Below are positions 52,952 to 64,000 of a DNA stretch of 64,000 bases, one piece after another (the stretch's first letter is position 1; every line of letters starts with the position of its first letter). The translations under genes and the position numbers were made by a program. The notes under the pieces were generated by a model that was given only the letters and a program-made list of their open reading frames with translations, was not told where the DNA came from and searched no databases. Origin of the DNA: Octopus vulgaris (taxonomy: Eukaryota); NCBI GenBank assembly GCA_951406725.2, contig OX597815.1:17732001-17796000 (forward strand). Direction: 5' to 3'.

Positions 52952-53389
52952 GGATCTTTTCAGTTAGACCGGCAGTTTTTTCTAGCGGTGTCATATGAAA
53001 TTGTCACCCATAATTATGACCCTAGTATCAATCTATTGCATTTCCATCTGTTTTAGGATTACGGGTAGAGTTAGGGTTAGTTAGGGTTAGGGGTGGGGGG
53101 AAGGGTATCTTTTTTTCTTTAGAAATGTAAATAAACCTAATCTGTTTCTTAAACGTGGGACATATTCATACGGCACAGAATGTTGTTTACCTCAATGGAC
53201 ATCATTGATTGGTTGAAACTGCAGAAATTGAAGAAAAAAAAAACAAATGTCTTACAAACTATAGAATTTTCTCAATAAAGCCAAGAGAAAAAGATGTTTT
53301 ATAAACACATTCTACCAGTATACGAAGTTTAAATTTTTTTAGTTACCTAGAAATTATGTTAAAAACTGCCGTTCAAACCGAAAAGATTC
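52952..53389. mobile_element. MITE, same family as 5256-5692, more diverged
   Basis: Imperfect TIRs, expanded ttaggg tract at about 53070-53092, no clear TSD. Confidence 0.88.
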
Positions 53390-53889
53390 AATGTTAGAAT
53401 ATGATAATTTTAACCAGTGGATTTCTTAATAAACAATTAATAATCCTAGAAATAGTTTTGATTTATAACATTGGTAAACATAGAACTAGTTTAGTGTTTC
53501 AATATTTAAATCATATTTTTTGAAGCAGCAACGAAATCAATCTTTTGTTATTATCATTTATGCAATATTTCTATTCTTTTGCTTAGTCTCTAAGTCTTTC
53601 GTTGTCAAGGATGAACTGAAGTGGGTAAACAATGTGAGTAGTGTGGAGGTGAAAGAGAACTAAGAGGGTAAGTGTTTCCAAACAAAAAAAGATCAACTAC
53701 ATTGTTATACAGTGAATGTGAGTAAGAAACAGTCACGTGTGTTGAAAGGTTGTCGTCACGAACAGTCGGAACAGAAACAGAAAACAATGAAAAACAACAA
53801 CTCAGGTCATAAAAATTTCGAAGAGTTCGACATAAGTTTTCTTTGAGAATTCTCTGAGTATGTATGATATATTTCGTATTGACAGTACG

Positions 53890-54300
53890 AGGCGGTGAGC
53901 TGGCAGAAACGTTAGCACGCCGGGCGAAATGCGTAGCCGTATTTCGTCTGCCGTTAACGTTCTGAGTTCAAATTCCACCGAGGTCGACTTTGCCTTTCAT
54001 CCTTTCGGGGTCGATTAAATAAGTACCAGTTACGCACTGGGGTCGATTTAATCGGTGTGTCTGTCCTTGTTTGTCCTCTCTGTGTTTAGCCCCTTGTGGG
54101 TAGTAAAGAAATAGGTATTTCGTCTGTCATTACGTTCTGAGTTCAAATTCTACCGAGGTCGACTTTGACTTCAATCCTTTCGGGGTCGATTAAATAAGTA
54201 CCAGTTACGCACTGGGGGTCGGTATAATCGACTTAATCGGTGTGTCTGTCCTTGTTTGTCCTCTCTGGGTTTAGCCCCTTGTGGGTAGTAAAGAAATAGG
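53890..54300 (+). mobile_element. SINE family C dimer
   Basis: TSD tatttcgtattgacag at 53870-53885 and 54301-54316. Confidence 0.9.
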
Positions 54301-54554
54301 TATTTCGTATTGACAGAACGCTTTTTTTTTCTCCTAAAGTTACGTCCGTTGATTTTCACGGTTAAAATCTCTCTGAAGTCGATTTTGCCTTTCGACACTC
54401 TGAGGTCAATAAACTAAATAGGGGGTGCGGTGGGAGGAGAGTCATTAAATCAACTCTTCTACCTAACATATTGAAGATTTGGGAACTAAGGCAGAAATCA
54501 TTATCATTAAAAGTAATGTACGGTAAAAAAAGTCGATGGAGCAAAAGAAAAATA

Positions 54555-54746
54555 CTTAGCGGTATTTTGTCTGCCTTTACGTTCTGAGTTCAAATTCCGC
54601 CGGGGTCGACTTTGCCTTTCATCCTTTCGGGGTCGATAAATTAAGTACCAGTCACGCACTGGGGTTGGTGTAATCGACTTAATACCTGTGTCTGTCCTTG
54701 CTTGTCCCCTCTGTGTTTAGCCCCTTGTGGGTAGTAAAGAGATAGG
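54555..54746 (+). mobile_element. SINE family C monomer, 5'-truncated
   Basis: One unit ending aaagagataggtattt. Confidence 0.88.
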
Positions 54747-54903
54747 TATTTAGTTATGTCTGTTTATATTAGAAGTTCAAATCGCGCCGACGACGATGAA
54801 TTCACTTTTCATTGCCTCGAGGACGATTATATTTGACAGTCCCTCGTCCCTAAAATTCCATACAATCGGCATTCATGTTATAATTACGGCATATGCATAA
54901 GTA

Positions 54904-54944
<41 letters not shown>

Positions 54945-54958
<14 letters not shown>

Positions 54959-55331
54959 GGCAGTTTGTCTGTGTGTGTTTCTGTGTGTCTGTTTTTGTCG
55001 TACCCTCACTCTGACCACGGCTTTCAACCGATTCTGATGAAACTTGACACACACATAGCCCAATGTCATAATTCAAAACTAACGCAGCGAAAATTTTGAA
55101 AAGTTCCCCCAGTTCTGAAAAAAATCGATAAATTCGACATGGGGTCGAGAATCAGAAACACAAACCACAGACTGTCTAGGGGACGCAACTCCACCTTTTT
55201 TAACTCTCAAAAAAAAAAATTTACCATCATTTTTTTTCCATTTTTTTTGCTATTTTTTGGCTATAACTCTCTAAAAATGCTTTATAGTTATTTCCCTTAC
55301 AAACCCGAGCAACGCCGGGCGATACTGCTAG
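54945..55331 (+). mobile_element. Non-autonomous Helitron
   Basis: Hairpin cccgagcaacgccggg plus CTAG|T at 55328-55331; 5' end merges with (TA)n. Confidence 0.85.
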
Positions 55332-55849
55332 TATATGATATTTTGGTGTATGTAATGTGATAAATCAATGAGTTTAGAATATATAATTTAGAATAAGTTT
55401 TTGCTTTTTTTTTTACAATTGTATGATATATGGGAGAAATGCCAATTGAAAGCAAGACTGACATTTAAGAAAATATCAATGTTTTAAGCAATATGTAGAT
55501 CAACAACAAATATATCATACACAATCAAAATAATCAAGAGACATTCCAACTACAATGCAGATGGTGAAAGCTGGCATTTATGATGTTATAGGTGCATAAT
55601 TAAGTATCAGAGAAATTTAGAGATAATAATAATAATCATAATTTTACTAATTTCTCGATTTTCACTTATGCACATAACACTTCTCAATAAAAGCACACCC
55701 ACACCCACACCGCATATATGCCGTTTATTAACTGAGAAGTCCCCACAGGAATTACTCAAGTTCCGTTTCAAAGCATTTACCAAGTCACTTTGTGTTCATA
55801 AATGCCTCGATGCGAAACTCCAGGCGCTTGACTAACACCTGTAATACTC

Positions 55850-56380
55850 TTATTTCTTTATTGCCCATAAGGGGTTAAACATAGTGGGGAACAAACAAGG
55901 ACACACAAGGGGATTAAGTCGATTACATCGACCTCGGCGGAATTTAAACTCAGAATGTAGCGGCAGACGAAATATCTATTTCTTTACTACCTACAAGAGG
56001 CTAAACACAGAGTGGACAAACAGATTAAGTCGATTACATCGACCCCAGTGCTCGACTGGTACCTATTTTATCGACCCCCGAAAGAATGAAAGGCAAAGTC
56101 GACTTCGGCGGAATTTGAACTCAGAGTGTAAAGACAGACGAAATACCTATTTCTTTATTACTCACAAGGGGCTAAACATAGAGGGGACAAATAAGGACAG
56201 ATATAGGTATTAAGTCGATTACATCGACCCCAGTGTGTAACTGGTACTTAATTTATCGACCCCGAAAGGATGAAAGGCAAAGTCGACCTCGGCGGAATTT
56301 GAACTCACAACGTAACGACAGACGAAATACCGCTAGGAATTTCTCCCGGCATGCTAACGATTCTGCCAGCTCGCTGCCTT
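55850..56380 (-). mobile_element. SINE family C trimer with internal deletions
   Basis: Head plus three units; TSD taacacctgtaata. Confidence 0.88.
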
Positions 56381-56625
56381 TTAACACCTGTAATATTCTT
56401 AGCGAACAAAGATTACATAAACTCTAATTTCTGTACTGAGTTCTCTTAATTCCACTTATAGACCAGAACGTACGTAAGATTAACAAAACAAGTACTCCAT
56501 CCAGTGAGAGATGAATATCACTTAATGTACACAGTATAAAGGTACTAATAGTTTCTTGCTTTGGAGACATATGTCTCGGCAGGTCTTGATAACACGCCTT
56601 GAGTCTCCAAGTAACCTTTAACCTC

Positions 56626-56668
<43 letters not shown>

Positions 56669-58413
56669 CACATGCATATAAGTGTGTGTGTGTGTGTGTG
56701 TGAGTGTGTGTGTGTGTGTGTGTGTGATTGTAAGCGCGTGTTAGAAAATGCTTGATATTTACAAACTGGAGTAAATGTGACGATTATGCTCTTTCACTAA
56801 TAGAATAATTATCATGTTAATGAAAACCGGCTCGCTAGGATAGTCTGGTTTGCAGTGGATGTCACTCTTTCGTACACACACACAAACACACACACAGAGT
56901 GTTGGACTTCTTAAATTATCAGAGTATTCCACAACAATGTAATTGAAAGTAAGATGCGCATATAAATACACAAAGAGAAAAAGCAGTTCAGATAACAAAA
57001 AAAAAAAAGCAAAAACGAAGGAATATAGTAAATAAGAATAAATATACTATACCTATTAAAGCCAAAGAGGAAGGGGTTTGCTGTATACATGAACGATCGA
57101 AGACTTCTTTTAAGGAACTTCATACTGTTGTTACGCTGCGTCATTCTAAACACCCCTGTACCACCCGGAATACAGAGGGATACATTTACTTGCTAATTCC
57201 TGCGATCCTTTTTAGATTCAATTTTCTTATAAGGAATCATCTTAGAATTCTGAGTTGTGGCCTCTTTTTTTTTAAAAAAAAGTTTATCTTGGAATTTCAA
57301 ATTATAACCCTTAAATAATGAAATTAAATTCAAACGTTTTTTAGAACTAACATTTTAAACTAGCTTTCACGTGTTTATAATTTGTTCGCAAACCATTTCC
57401 CCACCGGTGTATAGAATCATAGTGGGCATCAACGTGTTTATAAGATGATTAACTCTGAGAGAAAATAAAAAAAAAAAAAGAGAGGAGAAAATATTTCTTT
57501 CCTGTATAAACTAGTAAGAAAGCCCTTGGTAACCCCAACTTAATGGGCATAAGAAGTCATGTATGTATATGCTCAAGATGAAAACAAATATATTTAGATA
57601 AAAATATTTCAAAATGTCAGGTAGCACATGTTTTTGGAAGAAAAGAAACAAGGTTTTTTAGAGGAATCTGGTGCGGTTAGAATTGTTTTTAAATTACCAG
57701 AGAGGTAAGAGAAGGCAAAGAACAGAATATAATATTGAACTTATGCTAAGGAAATAAAAATCACTAAGTTAGAACTTGACTGTTCCGTTAGCATAGCAAT
57801 AACCAGTTCCTTCAGAGAGGAAGTGAGAAATTTGTTGAAATAACTATCATGGCGTATTCCTCGCCGTTTAAGCTTATAAACATTAATATAAAGCGATGGA
57901 AAGTGGCGGGAAGTCGTGATGAGGCGAAAGCAAATCATTCCTTAACGATGTATTTATTTTCAAACGAATTAAAATAAGGAACCACATGAATAAGAAAAAA
58001 GGAAAACATGAAGAGTTTCTGAAATCTTTACTGCTGTCTCTGCTGTGTATGGTACCATGGTAACACCAGGAAGCTGGACGGCTGCTCCTAATAAATCTTA
58101 TTACTATCCTGACCTGCATCCATTTTATAAGATAGTTTTTTTTTTTTTTTCTCCTACCACTTCCCGCTACAGAATTATCTATACAAACTCAAACATCTTA
58201 ATATTTTTCGCATTACTAATCTAAATAAGGGAGTTTATTTGGCATTTTGGATTTACTTTCAACGAGGAAAACACAGATAAACAACAGGAAAAACTTTAGA
58301 AATAGAATGTGCTCGTTGGAAACCAGGGGAACGGTGAGGTGAAAATAGATGTAAGAAATAATAAGTGATAAATTAAAACCCGGAGAGAAGTAACGTTCAT
58401 AAACTATTTGGTC

Positions 58414-58483
<70 letters not shown>

Positions 58484-58585
58484 TAATAATAAATAATAAT
58501 AAATAATGATAATAAAAAATAATAATAATAAAAAAAAATAATAATAATAAAAATAATAATAATAATAAAAAAAATAAAAAATAAA

Positions 58586-58645
<60 letters not shown>

Positions 58646-58657
58646 TAATAATAATAA
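58414..58657. repeat. Long imperfect (AAT)n microsatellite
   Basis: Visible directly. Confidence 0.95.
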
Positions 58658-59179
58658 CAAGCGTTCCGAGATAAAACTGATAACTGTAGATTTAAAAGAA
58701 TTTTTCTCAAGAACTAGAAATTGGAAACTTTAGATATTTATTTTAAGAGCGATATAAGAAAAGTTTCAAAATAAAGGGTGGATTATATGTAAAGGTGGGG
58801 AAGATGTGTATGCGTTTTAAATTATTCTTTTTTTACTGACATCTGGCATTTAGAATTAGGAAATGATACCCAGGTGTTTATCGAAAATATGTAAGCCGCT
58901 CGTTACAAATGTAGAGCGAGTGGATGGTTTTTATATGTGACTAGAAATAACGCTATCTGGTGGAACTAATCGAATCTATTTCGTGACGCACTATATTTCT
59001 TGATATTTTCTGTGGTTTATTTGTATTTGAAAAGAGAAACTGGCCATTGCTCACTTCAGATTTGGCCCTTTTCTACTGTTGATACGTTAGAACATTGATT
59101 CAAAGATTTTCAATGAGAACCAAACTTTAAAGAAACCATGACGAAATCAGCATTGTTTCATAATTATTCAGAAAATACT

Positions 59180-59596
59180 TATTTCTTTATAACCCACAAG
59201 GGGCTAAACACAGGGAGGACAAACAAGGACAGACAAACGGATTAAGTCGATTATATCGACCCCAGTACGTAACTGGTACTTATTTAATCGACCCCGAAAG
59301 AATGAAAGGCGAAGTCAACCTCGGCGGAATTTGAACTCAGAACAAAAAGGCAGACGAAATACCTATTTCTTTACTACACACAAGGGGCTAAACACAGAGA
59401 GGACAAACAAGGACAGACAAACAGATTAAGTCGATTATATCGACCCCAGTACGTAACTGGTACTTATTTAATCGACCCCGAAAGGATGAAAGGCGAAGTC
59501 GATCTCGGCGGAATTTGAACTCAGAACGTAGCGACAGACGAAATACTGCTAAGCATTTCGCCCGACGTGCTAATGTTTATGCCAGCTCGCAGCCTT
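59180..59596 (-). mobile_element. SINE family C dimer
   Basis: TSD attattcagaaaatactta at 59163-59181 and 59599-59617. Confidence 0.9.
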
Positions 59597-62500
59597 AGAT
59601 TATTCAGAAAATACTTAGTAATTTTCGATTTGTGCATTTTACTTCGATGAAACAATAGTAAAATCACGTGAAGCAAGATTTAAGAACATCACTATCACTT
59701 CTTACTCGTAACAATTATTATGTAAATAAAGAAATGCTCAAAGTTATCTTTATTTTCCAACATAGCTGTGATGAATCTGAGAAAACAGGTTTTTTTCAAT
59801 TATATGCATAGCTATAAAAAATAAATAATGCATACACATGTATAAGCCAATACTAAGCCTCTTGTTGTTGCATGTTGCATTCTTATCTAAGGCACACGCA
59901 TGAACACCGTTTGCAATAGAACAGGCTACGTTTTTTGAAAGTAACAGTTGGTTATACACGTTAAGATATTTTTTTTTTGCGTGGAAACATTGATTACACA
60001 CTCACACAACAAACTTTGATGGGGAACATGTCCGCACCAATAACTGGTTCTTGGAGATCGAAACACGCGCTTATTTCGGTTTCTATGCTATATTAATGCT
60101 AAACGTGCAACATTTGGCCAAGAAGTAGACAGATACATATATGTGAAGTAATGAGTACAAGTAAATGTTAGATTTAGGCAGCGGAGGTATCAATAACCAC
60201 AGCTGAAACTGGTGATTAATATTATACCAATATTATACCAATATGAAAAGCTGTAAACACACTCATGTACACGCGCGCGTGTTGTCCTTTGAAACTTCAA
60301 GCATATTCTTCAGTCTGACTTCTAACTTACTAACACTGAGCAATGTTAAAAGGAGTGACTGTGAAGACCATCAAAAATCGCAATACGAATTTCATTTTTA
60401 ATTTGAAGTTGTAACTACCGTATAGTTTTCGAAACTTCAATGAGTCCAAATAGCGTTTGGACTCATATAGTGAAACGTTGCAGAGTAAGACGACGAAGGT
60501 AAATGCAGAAAACACACACACATGACGTGGACACGTTCATCCCTCATGAGTTACCGACCAAAAATCATCACAGTTTCGACACATTTGGATCTCTTGAACT
60601 TATACAGCCCACATCAGCTCCTCTATCGCCTTGATCCTACGAAAAATACAGGATTACTCGTTCAGTTGTAAAATTTGTTAGTGACAACTACACTGCAAAT
60701 TCCTTACTAATTACACCGTTTTCTGCAAAACAAAATGGGTCCCTTCTTGTGGTATAAAAATATCCATGAAATTTAATCCCCATTACGGCCTACCAAAATG
60801 GAGGGAAAAAAAGAAGAGAGACAATGTACTACTAGACATATAATATAAGAGGGAAGACGGAATGGTTATGACGGAAACGCATCTGCTCAGTCAGGACTGA
60901 CATGGAACTAAACAACAGCACCAGGATCTTTATTGCTACACCAATATAATCGATTCAGTAGAAAACTCGGTTATTGGTATGATATTGTATATTCTCTGGA
61001 ATCTTCAAGAATACATAAATTAGTAATAAAAATAAGTTAGCTGTAGGCAGCTTAGCTTTTTCCATTAACATGAACAGGAGTGTACAACACCACAGCATTT
61101 GGCAGTTATCATAAAACACAGATTTCTATCATGAGTATAAAGTAACTCTAGTTTTCACTTTTCTTTTAATATTCGTAATAGGATCAACATCAAGAGAATA
61201 GTCTGGGAGAAACTACTGTGTGTTTCTAAACTAACCGAAAATAAACCAAAAAAAATCCCTAATAAATGAAATAAAGAAAGAAAAATAGTAGCACCGGACG
61301 TACAGATAATATAAGCATATAAGTTCCTGGAATTATTTAAGGATTAAGAACAAACATTTAGTTTGGAATTTATTGCTTACTCAATCGTACCCAACGAGCG
61401 GCTGGGGCAGCCGGCGAGTGTTATATAGTACGTTACTGACAAGTTTGACAATCTAATGGAGATGAAGGAACTTGACTGAAAACAGCTGTGTTGACTGTAA
61501 TTTCGGAGAAATTAGTTAAGTATGCCTTTACGCACACAACATTTAGCTGTATACACAGATTACAATCTCAGAAAAGAGTTATGAAAAGAAAGCGGGGAGA
61601 AATAGCTATTGCTTAATAAAATAAACAAATACTTTCAAAATATTAATGTTCCAATTCCGTTTTGTTTTTTTTAAACACTGAAGAGATAGGTGTTTGTATG
61701 AATCTTGTATTTTATGTTTAATTATCAATAGACAGACTGAAGTATAAGCCATTCTGGTTTGTAACAAATATTTTCCTTTGCAGGCATATTTCAGAAGACC
61801 TGCAAAACATCAGTTCCGTGGAGCTTGAATGTTTAGCTTCGCCACAAATGTAGTTGGCTTTCCTCTTCAGAGTTGGGTTTTTTTTTTTTTTTTTTTTTTT
61901 TTTACATATTCCGTTCAGGCTCGGCCCACTTCCCGATCTAATGTTATGAAGCTAGTCTAACCACGTCTGGGATAGAAGTGGAATCTTTGTAGCTTTAGGT
62001 AACGTACCGGGCATTCCAGCGCACCTTTTGCATTACTTCGTGAAGCACTTTATTTCTTTATATGATACACACGCACACACATACATAGGGATTTTCCTTA
62101 CATCATCCTGTGCTGCACCTGAACACACAATCAGTGATGTTTCCAGGGGTAATTAGGAGTTTCGGTTCTTTCAACATTAGACACACTAACCAGGTGTCCT
62201 AGCCAGCCTTGATCAATCCTCGGCCGCCGTACACTTAGTAGCAGTGCTTCTTCCAGTGCATCTCCTGATTTAAAGCTACCTGAGCTATAGCCTCCACACG
62301 ACGGACTTCGGCCAAGCGGCCCCTGATATCTTGTGCATCCTGTAGAGGGACTAGCCTGCAAATACTCTGCATTCTATTTCGATGGGATCACACCTTGCTT
62401 GCTAGCAATTGCTTTGGCATAACTCTACTAGCTCGGCATAATTCCTCCCCTGGCTCTCTTTAGCCTCCGCGATGCGGTCCTTCCAGCGAACGGAGAGTTA

Positions 62501-62859
62501 TCACAGAACCGCCTGTCTGAAGGCTTCTAAGATCATCACTATATCCAACCTTTGAAATGATCAGGCGACAGTTTCTGGAAACATCAGATGCTTCTTCAGG
62601 TCAACTTTCAACTCACAGTCTTTTATAGTAGGCAGCAAGTTCAAGGGGGAAGACTTGGTAGGGGTCATCATCTTCTCGTCAGCCCCAACAAGTGTGATGA
62701 ACTTCTTTGGTTAGCGGAGGAGCTTGCAATGGCTAATCCCACTTCGGATGGTGTCTGCATTAATCTTCAAAACCTGGCCATGCCTCCAGTAGTCGCGTCC
62801 CTTTCCTCGGCACAGTTAACTACAACTTAACCCTGCAGAACAAACCGGACGGATTTGGT

Positions 62860-64000
62860 AAAACATCATAAACTGTCTACAACATCATATTGTCAACTAC
62901 AGTGATCACAAATTTGTGACTTGTAGGTTTGACTTAGATAGTATGTGTAGACAGGGACCTGGTTACTGGAAGCTAAACAGGAACCGGATTAGGCAGTTAG
63001 TGATGAGAGCACTATCAGGTACCATTATTAATAACAAATGGTGGTATGCCCTCAAAAGAGTCATTAAATTTGAGTCAATTAGATTTAGTAAGGAGCTAGT
63101 CAGTAATGGAAATAGAATAGAAAGGACTTTAGTTAAGGCTCTAGAAGAGGCAACGAGGTCAGACTCTGCATCCAGAGTTTTAGCTGCGAGGTTGGTGCTC
63201 GACCAACATCTCAAAGCTAAACACGAAGGGTGCATTATCAGGGCTAACTTTCGTACAATGGGACAAAGAAGGAATCAACGTCGCCGGAAGGGCACGCGTG
63301 GTAGAGAGCCAACGCGACAATAATGCAACAATAAGGTCTTTGACGGACCAACATGAGCGTTCGTTAAACGAACCCGAGGAGATGTGCAAGGTTTTTCACG
63401 AGCATCTCACCCAGCTTTTCGGGAGGGGCGGGCCAGAGCGTAGGGAGGGCCTCACGGACTTCCTCGGTGGTTTGCCGCATCACTCGGGGCAGAAAGCGGA
63501 ATGCTGTGAAGGGCCGATCACAGCTGCGGAGATGGGGGAGGCATTGTCGAACTGCAGAGGGAACAAGTCGCTGGGACTCGATGGTTTCCCCAACTACATG
63601 TATTATAGTATGCCAGACTTGTTCGGGCACCTACTAGCATGCGTCTACACCAACTAGCAGCAGAATGGGAGTTTTCCTAGGTCTGTGAGCCGTGGGTTGT
63701 GGTACTGCTAAGAAAGTACCCAAACGAGGGGGATGTAATTGATAATTTTCGGCCCATCATTCAGCTTAACGTAGAGCAGAAGATTTAGGCCAAGATGTTA
63801 GCATAAAGGTTGGCGCAGGTTGTGGGTAAATTTGTTGGGGAGGTGCAAACCTGCACCATCTCTGACAGGTCAATTCACGACAATCTCCATCTCATCCGCT
63901 ACACCTTAGAGAAGGTGAATAGAATTCCTGGTGCGGGAGGGGCTATGCTCCATTTAGACCAATCTAAAGTGTTTGATAGGGTTGACCATCAGTATCTGGC
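62860..64000 (+). pseudogene. L1/Tx1-clade LINE ORF2 pseudogene (endonuclease end to RT), runs off the window
   Basis: SDH, GPGYWKLN, KSLGLDGFP, NFRPIIQLNVE, DRSIHDNLHLIR and LDQSKVFDRVDHQYL motifs; frameshifts and stops. Confidence 0.9.

Noticed and set aside
53070-53092. TTAGGG repeats as telomere remnant
   Set aside because: Internal part of the MITE family, seen in all its copies.
61771-61875. Splice-acceptor-like ttttcctttgcag followed by an exon-like patch
   Set aside because: Stops in all three frames within about 70 nt, no recognisable protein and no partner exons.

Overview
AT-rich, microsatellite-dense eukaryotic (animal) DNA. The SINE families and TE mix point to an octopus or other coleoid cephalopod (inference from recalled repeat families, not a database hit). 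No intact protein-coding gene is present, and most ORF-track entries are microsatellite or repeat artefacts. Contents: three tRNA-derived SINE families (here A, B, C), a decayed mellifera-type mariner, four copies of a MITE (8-bp TSDs on three), five non-autonomous Helitrons, and relics of CR1-like, L1/Tx1, Gypsy, MULE and Penelope elements. A TE-free island at about 18.3-22.0 kb probably holds the promoter, long 5'UTR and a short first coding exon of a minus-strand host gene. Main finding 1: about eight sequence-unrelated type I hammerhead ribozyme motif families, two with fully canonical cores (942-992 minus, 14266-14307 plus). They sit in Penelope-like terminal-repeat remnants, usually beside (TA)n tracts and often folded into long palindromes with a motif on each strand. 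Main finding 2: SINE family C forms precise head-(184 bp)n multimers whose internal junction (GGTATT) recurs at its genomic target sites, suggesting self-targeting or rolling-circle retrotransposition.
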